A DNA stretch of 62,632 nucleotides, the filler included, from Basidiobolus ranarum (lineage: Eukaryota), in assembly GCA_040143965.1 (NCBI GenBank). It is 25 parts of 25 records of this genome, joined end to end, with 100 filler letters (N's around TTAATTAATTAA, not from the genome) between each part and the next. Parts side by side here need not be neighbours in the genome. Positions count along the whole stretch, not along the records: positions 1 to 2,421 come from JASJQH010003357.1; positions 2,522 to 4,941 come from JASJQH010003358.1; positions 5,042 to 7,459 come from JASJQH010003359.1; positions 7,560 to 9,976 come from JASJQH010003360.1; positions 10,077 to 12,491 come from JASJQH010003361.1; 20 more parts are not named here. One strand, written 5' to 3'. Shown here piece by piece: positions 1 through 11,517 of the stretch. The notes under the pieces were generated by a model that was not told the DNA's origin, made no database searches, and saw only the letters and a list, made by a program, of their open reading frames with translations. Position numbers and translations under genes: made by a program. Position 1 is the stretch's first letter. Every line of letters starts with the position of its first letter.

Positions 1-316
1 ACTCTATAAAAATATTCAGGAGAATATATCAAAGAGGCTAGGGATTTTGAAGGTGACAAATTAGCATTCAAGTAGTAATTGTGTAAAATTTGAGTTACAT
101 TTTTTGCACATGTGTTTATCCATAGTTCTCTGAGAACTTAGCCAATCATGCACAACTATTTTGCAAAATCTTGAAATTTCACTCCTAAAACTGAAAAAAT
201 TGATTAAAATCAAATCTAACTTGACAATTTTATGATGGTAAGTAAACGGTCAATACCAAATGGATTAAAATTTTGATGGTTTTCCTATGATAACAATCCT
301 CAAATTTCTGTCATGG
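1..316 (+). mobile_element. ORF2-side end of CMC/EnSpm-like DNA transposon
   Basis: Near-identical to 38121-38436. Ends CAAATTTCTGTCATGG, a mutated form of ...CTGTCAGGG, and abuts copia RT. Confidence 0.75.
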
Positions 317-2108
317 CTTGATGTTCTTTTCTTTTTGCTATATATCCCTTTGGTTGATCCATGTATATATCTAATCAATTTCTCCATTACAAAATGCTGT
401 CTTGACATCCATTTGTTCAATCAGCACTCCTTGGTGGGTAGCAATGGCTACAATTACTCCAATTGAGGTAAACTTAGCAATGGGAGAAAATGTTTCATCA
501 TAGTCAATGCCATGTTTGTGAGAATAGCCTTTCACTACAATCTGGCTTTGTACTGGTTGATAGATATATCTGAGTCAAGTTTCAGTTTCAGCACCCATCT
601 AATACCAATAGTTTTTCTTCCAGTAGGTAAATCCACAAGGATCCATATGTTATTCTTGATTAAGGAGTGAATTTCATCATTGGTGGCTTTTCTCCATTCT
701 GTTGCTTCATCAGATTTCAGAGCTTGTGTCAAATTTTCTGGTTCCAAAAATACTCTATGTGCACATATATTCCACTCTTTTTCTGAATTGAATCCGTTAA
801 TTTCATGCTCTGATTTGAGACACCCAAAATCCTCAGTAGAATGGTCTGTTATTTCACTTACAGAATGTTTCTGATTTCCAATTGGCAGGATTTCTGAGAC
901 CTGACTGCCTGAATTTTGTAATTGATTGAATACTTGTTATGATTGATTGCATACATCCAATAATTGATTGCATCTAATATCAGCCAAATTGAGGGTAGGA
1001 TATTTCTTAGGAATATGTGTGGTCAGATAATTATTGCCTTTTTTCTGAGCTCAATTTCTGGATTCATGATTGGCTGGAAAAATATCCTTTTTCTGATTCT
1101 CATTTTTTTTGTTGGCAGAGATAATATGCTGATTTCTAGAAGCTGGTTCCAAATTATTGGTATCCTCAGAGTAATTATCAGGTTTTCTGGTATAAATTGG
1201 TGCATTTCCAGTGCTGCCTAATGTTTCACTACTCATATAGCTGCTTGATTCCAGAATATGATGTAATAGATTGTTCTCCTTGGTTTCAGTCCTTGTAGTG
1301 AAGTTTGAGACAGGATTAGCGCTTGTTGGTTTTCTGCTAGGAATATGCATCACAGGGATTGGTAATGATTTGAGCTTTGTCATATATTCATTTGTGGCTG
1401 ATGTTTTAGACCTTGTCCCAGATGTGATATATTTTCTAAATTTGGATAATGTTGAAAGATAGTTTCAGATTCCAAATTTGGCCTAATTCCAGTATCTATT
1501 TCCATTGTACTATTTCCCAACTTGGTTTCAGTACTTGTTAGCTCAAGATTGGTTTCAGAACTTGTTAACTTAGAATCTGAGATACTGAGAAATTGATTTT
1601 CAGCCCAAATCAAATTTCCTTGATTAGAAGATTTGAGATTTTCTTCCGTGAATATAATATCTCTGGAGTTGATGATTTGATTTATTCCAGCAATTAGGAG
1701 ATAATAGCCTGTGTTCTGATGTCCTAATACAATAGTTTTAATTGCCTTTTTGTCCAATTTTCTACACTGAGGTTTAGGAATAAGAGCATATACTATTGAA
1801 CCTGAAATTCTGAGTTGATTCAGATTAGGCTTGTTTCCAGTGCAGATTTCAACAGGAGTTTTAGAGGCATGTTTGCTATCAGTTGAACTTCTATTTTGGA
1901 GACATGCAGCCATTAAAATAGCTCACCCCAATAGGTCTTAGGCAGATCTGAATCAATCAGCATTATATGTGCTTCCTCTACTTAAGTCCTATTCATCCTT
2001 TCAGCAACTCTGTTTTGTTCTGCACTATATGGAATAGTAAATTGCTGATGAATTCCCATTTCTTGACAAAAGCTAGTCATGGATTCATTGTTGTTTTCAG
2101 TTCCATGA
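317..2108 (-). mobile_element. Ty1/copia pol remnant (integrase core, SH3-like region, RT N-terminus)
   Basis: GIHQQFTIPYSAEQNRVAERMNRT (integrase); NLNQLRISGSIVYALIPK...KLDKKA; EPENLTQAL...W..A...EIHSLIKNNIWILVDLP...IGIRWVLKLK...YKARL (RT). Contains stops and frameshifts. Confidence 0.92.
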
Positions 2109-2421
2109 CCCTAACAAAAATAAAATCAATTTGCTCCAGATTGGAACCACCCTCATGATTTCTTAAAGGTCATTTAACAGTATTCAAACATGTTAAAATT
2201 TTGATCCCCAAATTTGGCATGCATGAAGCAATATCCGGTAATTTTTGCAAAAATATAAATTTTGAATGGCAAATTATTGGGTTTACTGCTGTATGAATTT
2301 GAATTAATATACATGCCTTTATATAGATATTTTTGGCTTTGTATTCCAGCCATAATGAGAATCAAAAAATACAAGAATCTTGTTGTGTTTAGTCTCTGCA
2401 TATATACTTACTTTACTAATA
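2109..2421 (+). mobile_element. Transposase-side end of CMC/EnSpm-like element (starts CCCTAACAAAAAT)
   Basis: Reverse complement matches 15107-15441, 40211-40333 and ~58220-58578, all of which end sharply in TGTTAGGG. Confidence 0.75.
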
Positions 2422-2521
2422 NNNNNNNNNNNNNNNNNNNNNNNNNNNNNNNNNNNNNNNNNNNNTTAATTAATTAANNNNNNNNNNNNNNNNNNNNNNN
2501 NNNNNNNNNNNNNNNNNNNNN
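2422..2521. other. Artificial contig linker (N44-TTAATTAATTAA-N44); first of 24 identical linkers
   Basis: Identical 100-nt spacers at 2422, 4942, 7460, 9977, 12492, 15007, 17520, 20033, 22545, 25056, 27567, 30077, 32587, 35096, 37604, 40111, 42617, 45122, 47626, 50129, 52632, 55134, 57634 and 60134. TTAATTAATTAA places stops in all six frames. Confidence 0.99.
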
Positions 2522-3200
2522 ACAAGTGTTTTCTACTTGTACCAGGTCTGTGGCAAGCAACAGTTGCCAATCAACTGTGGCAAAAGTGTAAGAAAACCAA
2601 TAAACACCTGGTTGCTAAGATTGGATTGAACTATCCACTCCTCAGTTGTAAAAGCTGCTTCCTTTACAGTATGTATTAAGAGTGCACTAATAATTGCCAA
2701 TAACAAACAGTCCATAACAAAACCATCATCTTCTTCTTCAACTTCTGATATACTACCATTAGTACTGGAATAACCAAGGTCAACATCTAGCAGCAAGTCC
2801 TCAAAGTTGTCTAGACTTACTAGTTTGACCAAAGTTGCATTTTGACCTACCTCATTCTGGTCATATAACTGTAGTAACTCCATGGTATCATTACTTTTGG
2901 CAGTGTGACCAAAACTTTGAGGCAAACTACAGTTAGTGGAGTCAATGGGCAAAACTAAAGTTGATTTAGTGCACTTATTACTGTTGTTATACACTAGGCT
3001 TTGTGAAGCTGGTGGCTTTGTACAGTGACCAAGCTTGTGATTATTTTTTTTATGAAACCTCTGGCTTTCATAGCACAAGAATTTGTGACAAAGATAGCAG
3101 GGCTTCTTTAAATGTTTGTATTGCCACATGAGAAGGATATTGTGGAAAAAAGAACACCTCCCACATAAGGGTGGTTTTTGAGGTATAGCCTATCAATATT
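2522..3200 (-). mobile_element. CMC/EnSpm-like transposase, N-terminal part (decayed)
   Basis: Homologous to 9220-9976, which runs into the Transposase_21-like core. Confidence 0.8.
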
Positions 3201-3369
3201 ATCATCAGATTCTGTGATGGTGTCACAGATGAGTCATCAGGGAATCTGCAAGATATTTCCGGTGATGGAGGGCAATTTTGGTTTATCATAAGCTTTTTCT
3301 AAGCAATTTCATAACACCAAGTTTACCATCTGAAAATTTCAAAGCTATTCAAAAAGCATTCAAAATCTA

Positions 3370-4663
3370 GGACAAAATTGGCTTCCAAGCCAAAGGCTGC
3401 TGGCACAAAAGAAAAAAAACCAGCAAGAACAGAGGACTTAATTGATTAGCAGTCTAGCAATCCACTATCCACTTTGGAAGGGATTATCATGCCGGAAACT
3501 AACTCAAGTAATGATGAAGCATTAATCAATTTACCAGATGTGTTCCTTTCCAGCAATAGTGCAAGTGAAGAGATTGTAATCCCCAATTATGTAGTAACTC
3601 AATAGTTGAGCAAGGTTCAACCAAAACACCATCAACACCATCAAATTTTAAAATGGCCACTTTGCCCACTGGTGAACAACCCTCCGTAGAAAATTTTGAT
3701 AAAATTACTAAACCAAGGGAGTTGCAGGCACTACACTGTAATGATTTGTATGCAACCATAAGTGAAAACTACAAAGTTGCTATACAGGCCATGACAAGCA
3801 ATAACACTCCAATATTGCAATTAATGCCACATTGGGAAGCTACTAGTCAACAGTTAGAAAGTCACTCAAAAATGATACAAGAACTTCAGAATGCTGTACT
3901 TGAGCCACAGCAACATGCTACTTCCTCCATCCATTCTCAGATGGGATTTTAATCAATCCCACACCAAACAGATGAACATCACTGTGGCAATCTAGCAGAG
4001 CAAGATATGTGTTGAATCATTAAGCCTACACAAAGGACAAAGTTGCTGGGGCATATGAAAGGAGAAATCTCATAGGAACACCAGCAAATCAAAAGACTCT
4101 GAATGTCAGAGCTGCCATCACTTGCTCTGATGATGAGTGGTTTAATATTTTGGAAACTACGCAGAATCTTGCCCAAAATCAACTGGATTTGAGCCATTAA
4201 TGGAAACACCCAAAACCAGGCCTTACTCTGAAGTTTCTTGACTTATTTGATTTGGCTTATCCTGGGTTTTTGCAAGCAAATGGCAATTGGGCTAGTATAG
4301 GCCTATTCATTAAAGATCTCACAAATGTACACAATTATTGACTTAGAAAAGAAAGAAATGCAGCTAAAGAAGTAATGAAGGAGCAGGAACTTAGTACACC
4401 CAAGGGATAAGCAAGGGGCCAGTGAGTTTAGGCTCTACTGTCTCACTTACCAAATTCTTCACACCATTACAAAGATCTGCTTTTCCAGAGTCAGATATAC
4501 TGGCAAAAATCCATAATTTCACCATGGAACCAGGTACACCAGTTGGAAAAGTGCTGAATTTGGTAGTTTATCCAACACCTGGCACTTCTCAGCAAGCAAA
4601 AACACCAGCAAACCAAACTCACCGCTCTCCAACCTCAACTGGTACTTTTCAAAGTGATGAAAT
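3370..4663 (+). mobile_element. Second, divergently oriented ORF (ORF2) of the CMC/EnSpm-like element, decayed
   Basis: Head-to-head with the transposase start in the same contig. 4615-4663 overlaps the start of contig 37704, which continues to the element end. Broken ORFs at 3653-3952 and 4422-4663. Confidence 0.55.
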
Positions 4664-4830
4664 TGTTGAGTTTGTTGTCTTTATCATATTTGTTATCTCT
4701 ATCTTTATACACCTAACTATTTCATATATCACATACCAGTTTGTTAACATTACTTAGTCAAATATCACTTAGCTGAAAATTTGAACATATGATATGTATA
4801 TGTCACTTAGCTAAAAAACGGAACATATAT

Positions 4831-4941
4831 TAGACTTGTTCCATTTTATTGAGCCAGATCAGGCCAGCTAAAAAGTGTGCCAGCACAAATTGGCATGATT
4901 GGGCACTATCCGGCACGATGTTATTTACCATTTTGGAAACA
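4831..4941 (+). mobile_element. hAT-like DNA transposon terminus (TAGACTTGTTCCAT), second end type
   Basis: Shares about 14 terminal bp with 42218, 54988 and 57839, then diverges, as expected for the opposite TIR. Confidence 0.5.
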
Positions 4942-5425
4942 NNNNNNNNNNNNNNNNNNNNNNNNNNNNNNNNNNNNNNNNNNNNTTAATTAATTAANNN
5001 NNNNNNNNNNNNNNNNNNNNNNNNNNNNNNNNNNNNNNNNNGCAAGATATCCGACATGCCACTTGGCTTTATGAGCATCTTATTCATGCTACTATTGTGT
5101 GTTTCCACTGCCATGGCTTATCATTGAGTTACATCGATGAGACAGAATCATCTGTTACCAGTATGATTCTCTTATGTCAGTATATTCATGTTTCTCGATG
5201 TTGCTACGCTCACTAAATATCAAACAAAAGATAGATTGAAATAAACTGTTGCTTAAAGCCATATATATTATTACAGTTTAAGAACATTTCACTTCTGCCA
5301 CAATGAATGCATACTTGGTTGATTTATAAATCTTAAAAATTCTTATCCCATTCTCTAGCTAACTTTAATACTTCACCTACAATTATGTGAATAGGCCAGA
5401 GCTTTTACAATTATATGCAACCTTT

Positions 5426-6220
5426 TGTAGAAATTAGCATTGCCTAAACACCTATATAGTCATATATAGCTTAGTACTTAGTTATCTTATAATTCACTAA
5501 GATATTATCCATTTTTCTCATAAGGAATTTACTTAGAATAATTTACCAACTTAGATTTAGAATTTACTTAGAAGTTATCAGATTTATAGATTTTGATAAC
5601 TTGTGCTAGAAGCCACAAACTTTGCACACATGTTTCTGAGACTTTCCTTAACATATTCTGCATGTTAGTTTGCTTGCATCTTGACAAAACTATGAATGTC
5701 AACTTTCTACTCAATAAATCAATAAGTGAAAACCACCAATTTCTCCGATTCTTCAAACCACTTCCAACAGGCTCCCAAATACTTTAACAGGTTATGTGCC
5801 ATGAGCTTGCACTCTCTGTAATGTCTACTTCTTAAACTTATGAAACATTTCCCTCTTCTGAAAAACTGGATGGAATTAATTATCAAGTTTAGAAAATTAA
5901 AATGAAAATGCTGCTGCAAGAAAAAGAACTTTGGGACACTCTTGTTGGAGAAGAAAACAATGCAAACTATCTGAAACCAAAGTTTTGCTCCAGGTTAAAA
6001 AAGAACCAAGTGCCTTTAAAACAATTTGTCTTAATGTTTAAGACAAGCTGCTAATTCAATGTTCAAGAGCTAAAACTGCCAAGAAGGTATGGAAAGCCTT
6101 TGAAGACACCTACCAAACAAGTTCTGCTGCCCACAAGATGTTTCTAAGAAGATAATTCTTTAACTTAAAGATGAAGCCTGGAGAAGACATTAAATCACTA
6201 ATTAATAGATTGGCAAATGT
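5426..6220 (+). mobile_element. Copia family A 5' LTR (5426-5789), PBS (5790-5800) and gag start (5821)
   Basis: TG..AAATTAG...TTTAACA LTR found in several copies; PBS GGTTATGTGCC; gag EKLDGINY..KIKMKMLLQEKELWD. Confidence 0.9.
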
Positions 6221-6261
6221 TGAGAATAATCTAAATCTGTTAAGAGTTTTCTTAACCATAT

Positions 6262-6543
6262 TGTTGAAAGTCTGGTGACTTGTGGTATAAGTGGTAATTC
6301 CTAAAGAGGAAAATACAGAGTATGGTGACTGCATCTGAACACAAAGTCTAAGGCCAATCAGTTGCTTGTATAGCTGAAATACCAAAGTGCCATACATTGA
6401 CAGACTAGGTTAAGGTTCCCTAGCAATATGGGCATAGCATACAAGGACTGGTAGCTCAGTGGTTAGAGCACCTTGCTAGAGTGAAGGTGGTCCCAGGTTC
6501 AAATCCTGGCCAGACCAATATTTCTCCCTGAAAAATTTCAATA
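6262..6543 (+). mobile_element. 282-bp solo LTR containing a tRNA-like gene (Helenus-like)
   Basis: Termini TGTTGAAA...TTTCAATA. 5-bp TSD CATAT at 6257-6261 and 6544-6548. The empty-site sequence TTAACCATATTGCTTCTTTT is seen at ~37031. A second copy lies at 7560-7670. Confidence 0.85.
6445..6517 (+). tRNA. tRNA-like sequence (pseudo-tRNA) inside the LTR; nominal anticodon AGA
   Basis: GGACTGG-TA-GCTC AGTGGTTA GAGC-A-CCTTG CTAGAGT GAAGG-TGGTC-CCAGG TTCAAAT CCTGG-CCAGACC-A. 73 nt with A box and B box; one mismatch each in the acceptor and anticodon stems. Confidence 0.8.
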
Positions 6544-7559
6544 CATATTGCTTCTTTTATTGCTTCACAGGCAGCCATATATTCTGCTTTTGTTGTTGAA
6601 AGTTCTACAGTAGGTTGTTTCTTTGAATTTCAATAATAGCTACATTATAGCAAAGTAATAAGTATCCTTTTGTAGATCTCCAGTCTTCAATATCTCTTCC
6701 CCAATTTGCATCCGAATATCTCATCAGATCAAAGTTTGATCCAGAATATGTGTATTTTAAGTGCAGATCCACAATTCCTTTCAAACATCTGAAAATCCAC
6801 TTAACTGCAATGATTTGATCAGATCCATAACTTTGAAGATATTAGCACATAACTCCCACAGAATATGTATATCTGGCCATGTTACAACCATAATATGCAT
6901 CAAGCTACCAACCATAGATTGATACAGAAATTTCTGGCTTTCATTGGAATCCAAGAATTTGAACCATTTATGGTCAAGTTAAGATTTGTCTCCATCAAGG
7001 TAGATACTGGATTACATGCTTCCATTTTAAGCTTCTTTAGCATATCTAGGATATACTTTGACTTACTAAAAGTTATTGATTTGGTAGTTCTATCTATCTT
7101 AATTTGAATTCCAAGATAGAATGTCAGTTCACCATGATCAGTCATTTTGAATTTGCAGATAAGCTGGATTTGGTTTTCTCCAAAGTCTTCAAGTCATTGG
7201 TTGCTATAATAGGTCATCTACATATAAGGCTAGTAAAATGGGTTTGTCTTATATAGCCTGAGGTTGTTACTATAGTCAGCATTACTCTTTTGGAATTTGA
7301 GTGTTTGCACAGAAGTGTCTATCTTGCTATTCAAAGCTCTTGCAGATTTTTATAAGCCATAGAGTTTGTTCCAGAGTCTGGAAGCATTTTTTGGGTTCTC
7401 TGAGTCCACAAAACCATCTGGCTGGTCCATATAGATCTTCTCAGCAAGCTCACCATTCANNNNNNNNNNNNNNNNNNNNNNNNNNNNNNNNNNNNNNNNN
7501 NNNTTAATTAATTAANNNNNNNNNNNNNNNNNNNNNNNNNNNNNNNNNNNNNNNNNNNN

Positions 7560-7670
7560 TATACAAGCAACTGATTGGCCTTAGACTTTGTGTTCAGATG
7601 CAGTCACCATACTCCATATTTTCCTCTTTTGGAATTACTGCTTGTACCACAAGTCACCAGACTTTCAACA
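7560..7670 (-). mobile_element. Second, contig-truncated copy of the tRNA-bearing LTR, inserted in the EnSpm-like transposase
   Basis: Reverse complement TGTTGAAAGTCTGGTGACTTGTGG...GTTGCTTGTATA matches 6262-6372. Confidence 0.85.
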
Positions 7671-9976
7671 GAGATACTTAATCTGTGTGCATGGCTTGGG
7701 CTTTGTTGCTGTTATTGCACTCAAACAATGCAAAAACCCATGAGAATTTTGAAAAGAGCCCTTTGTTGGAAGGTTAATATACTCTGGAGTCTTCTTAACC
7801 CATCGCATTATATCCAACACTAATTTTGCTGATACATTGTTAATTGGATTAGCATATGGTAATACTGATGGTTTCACACAGAACATCATTTCACTGAAGG
7901 TGTGCTTCATTGGTCACTCCTAGAATGTGTGACCAGGTCCTATAACTCTAAGCATTGTGAAAGATGCAGCAGGGAATGTGTTGAAAACCAGCATAGATTC
8001 AGTCTATCTTCTTTAAACCTGTAAAAAAGTTTTTATATCCAATTAAAAATCGTCTCACAGTTGCTCTATTGGCCTGAGATCTGCCAATGTGAGTTGATGT
8101 TGTAAGAATATATTAACAATATCAACAAACAACTCCCAATGTTGCCAATACTTAATGGGCTAAAATCTTTTCAAGACTTCACTTGAATATATACAAATTG
8201 AATACTTCCAGTCTTTGCATTTAAATAAACACCTAGATGAGTGGATATTGATGGGAGTCCTGGTAAAATATGATGATATCTTTGCTTTTTCAATCATTTT
8301 CCAAATCAACTCAAACTTTGATTGTATCTCAAATGGCTCATCCATATTGAATTTTCCACTATATAGTGGAGAAAGTAGTATTGGAATGTTTTTGACTAGT
8401 AAGTGCATAGTGCCTAATGGGAAGCTCTGGCTTGAGCTGATCCCCTTTGGCAATATAATTTTAGGCTTATGGCTAATACCAAGTTTGATGTTAGACCAAC
8501 TATTTGGTGAATTGATATCAGTTATCATGTTGAAATCTGGCTGTGCTCTTGATGGTAAAATCATGGAGCTTAGTGTTGTATTTGGATAGTAGTAATGTGT
8601 AGGCCTGATAGAGTAACCTCCTTTCATTTGACAAAATTTACAGCAAGATAGTGTATTGTGCCTGCAAGAACCTCTAAGTTTACTGATGGCAGGAGTGTCA
8701 CCAATACATACAATGATATTAGCTTTCATAGAATATTCACCCATCTGAACCCCATTGGATAACTGTTCTAACTCCACAATCAAAGGCTCCAAGTAGGTAT
8801 CTACAAGCACTTGTGATTTAGGTCCAGATATGATGGATAGTATCAAAATATTATGACTCTTGTACCATTCAGAAGGAGGAAGATTTAAGTTGATTAAAAT
8901 TATTGGCCATCAAGCCTTTCCAATGGTATATTTGTTTAGTAAGAAACCATCCAGAGCCAATGCAAATGCATGATCATATGTGTTCCCAAAGAAATCTTGA
9001 CTTCTCAAATTCTGGTAGTGATATCTGTCAAGTATATTGGTATTATGATTAGCTTTACAGTGAGTACTTTGGTATTGGATCAATGATTTACATTTAGGTG
9101 ATTTTATCAAAATTTTATGATGGGGAATCAACAGTGTGTAAGCCAAATATGAACTATATTTAACTGATTCAGTGAGTGCCAATTGGGTGCTAACAGTACA
9201 TGACTTCAGGTTTTTCAGATCATACGTTAAAGCCTAACAACCATTTTGGACATGAAGGTAGTTTAATTACTGAAGGATTAAAAGTCATACAATTGATAAG
9301 TGTTTTCCTATTGTACCAAGTCTGTGGCAAGCAATAGTTGCCAATCAACTGTGGTAAAAGTGTAAGAAAATCAATAAATATTTGGTTTCTAAGATTGGAT
9401 TGAACTCTCAACTCCTCAATAATCAAAGCTGCTTCCTTTACAGTAAGTGTTACCAGTGGACTAGTGTTTGCCAATAACACAGAGTCCCTAACAAAACCAT
9501 ATTCTTCTTCTTCAACTTCTGATATACTACCATTGGTACTGGAATAACCAAGGTCAACATGTAGCAGCAAGTCCTCAAAGTTGTCTGGACTTACTGGGTT
9601 GACCAAAGATGCACTTCTACCCACATCATTCTGGTCATATAATTGTGGTAACTTCATGGTATTTTGACTTTCGGCAGTGTTAGCAAAGCTTAGAGGCAAA
9701 GTACAATCAGTGGACTCAATGGGCAAAACCAAAATCAATTTAGTACACATATTACTGTTATAATACACCAGGCTTTGTACAGCTGGTGGCTTTGTAAAGT
9801 GACCATGCTTGTGATGATTTTTTTCATGAAGCCCCCAGCTTTAATAGCACAAGAATTTGTGACAATAATAACAGGGCTACTTAAAATATTTGTGAGGCGG
9901 CATAAGAAAGATATTGTTGAAAAAAATACACCACATATGTAAGGGTGGATTTGTAGGTATAGCCCATCAATATCAC
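7671..9976 (-). mobile_element. CMC/EnSpm (CACTA-like) transposase pseudogene
   Basis: NLPPSE.YK..NILILSIISGPK...DTYLEPLIVEL..L..GV...IGDTPAISKL.G..H....CKFC (Transposase_21-like); LPSCP; H.LLHL...GP....E.PM. Confidence 0.88.
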
Positions 9977-11517
9977 NNNNNNNNNNNNNNNNNNNNNNNN
10001 NNNNNNNNNNNNNNNNNNNNTTAATTAATTAANNNNNNNNNNNNNNNNNNNNNNNNNNNNNNNNNNNNNNNNNNNNCCACTCACGTAATGAGTCTCGTTG
10101 TTAGGTTAGCTTATAGCAGTTTGAGTCAGCTTACGTTGATGAACTGGCTCTCATTCTCACATGGAGTTTCCGAGGCATTCAGCCAGGAAAAGGTCCATTC
10201 GGTGTTCACCAGTCGCCATTGTCCGGAAGGATAGATGAGGTCGTATTAGGAAGTTTCTATATCTAGAGATACATCGATGGATTCAAAATATTGCCAAGAA
10301 GTACAAAACATGGTTACATTGTACCAATGATTAGTGGCGATGCTTGCACAACAGATATTCAAATGCCAATACACTTCAATTCACAGTGGTATCAAAAAAC
10401 TTTAACAGCAGCACGAGGTCCAAAACAAGACTAGTTGCTTGCGAATAACCTCTGCCCTTGAAAGGAACTTCTACGGCCTTTCCTTCTTAGCAGGAAATAA
10501 TCTAGGCTACCGACGACGTCAGCTGATTCATCAATAATGGTGAAATCTTGAATCAAGATGCATTCGTCCAAGATTAGAATTGCTGGGGAATGCTTGGCCA
10601 TAATAGTGCTCATTTCTGCGAGGCTCATGTAACCTTATCTGAAAGAATACTGCTCATAGGATGGACGCTGGAAGTGCGTATGAATAAGCCTGTATAATGG
10701 TAATGACTTCATTTGATCGCAAGTATCAGGTTGTTTAGAAAACTTCCCATATTTCGCCCGAATATCCACCCCTCACAACGATCAGAGTGCCTTAATTGGA
10801 TGCTCGATATTTAACTACCAGACAGCGCTGTAGAATAGTGTGAGGGATGATGGGAATCAAGATTGCCTGATATGCACACCCCCGCCCATCAACCAAGCGT
10901 GCTCGTAGGGCAATATTTCGTGCATACGGTGGGTAGTGATCAATGCAAAGCCTCCATGGCACTTCTGTCTAGTATTGTGGTTTTTGCGAACGTACTTTGG
11001 TCTCAAGCTCATCTTAATTGAATGCCTTTGGCAACAAGTTTAATAATGTCCCTTTCCAATTCCGTACATTTTGCCAAATAAGGAACCTTTCACAGCTGTC
11101 CAATTACGAATTTACATGTTCAATTGGCTAGTCAATTGCCCATTAACTATTGTCATATTTAGAGTAAAATTTGCTTTTGGTGTTCGATTTAGAGTTACCT
11201 TGTCAAAGGCAGAATGTCTGGTGATTGGCCAAGCTACTTCTATACTTATAAACGTCCCTGCTATTTAATGCGGATGCTTCATACTCCTTACACTTCATAC
11301 CTCCGAGTAGCCCTCTCAAATATCGGGAATTTGGCTGTTGGAGAGGTGTTGGGCTTTATTTTCTCCTTTGATTTCCATAATCTATTTTTACCTCACATTG
11401 ACATAGTGCATTAGATCTCAAACACCCTATTTAAACCCGTTAGCCCTTGAGAAACGTGAATACTGCCTTGGCCTTGACTCTACAAATTTGATACGTATTA
11501 CCAAGCATACTGCTAAA

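Larger units (their letters stand above)
6225..7459 (-). mobile_element. Copia RT/RNase H remnant, interrupted by a solo LTR at 6262-6543
   Basis: MTDHGELTFYLGIQI; SDANWG..IEDWRST; KQPTVELSTTKAEYMA. Homologous to 36789-37448. Confidence 0.9.

Noticed and set aside
2466-2477. TTAATTAATTAA recurring every ~2.5 kb as a biological periodic repeat
   Set aside because: It is always centred in N-runs of fixed length; an assembly linker.
6445-6517. Functional tRNA-Ser(AGA) gene
   Set aside because: It lacks the long variable arm of tRNA-Ser, has stem mismatches, and lies inside a TSD-flanked LTR.
10431-10628. 65-aa minus-strand ORF upstream of SulP
   Set aside because: Short, with no recognisable motif or supported splice structure.
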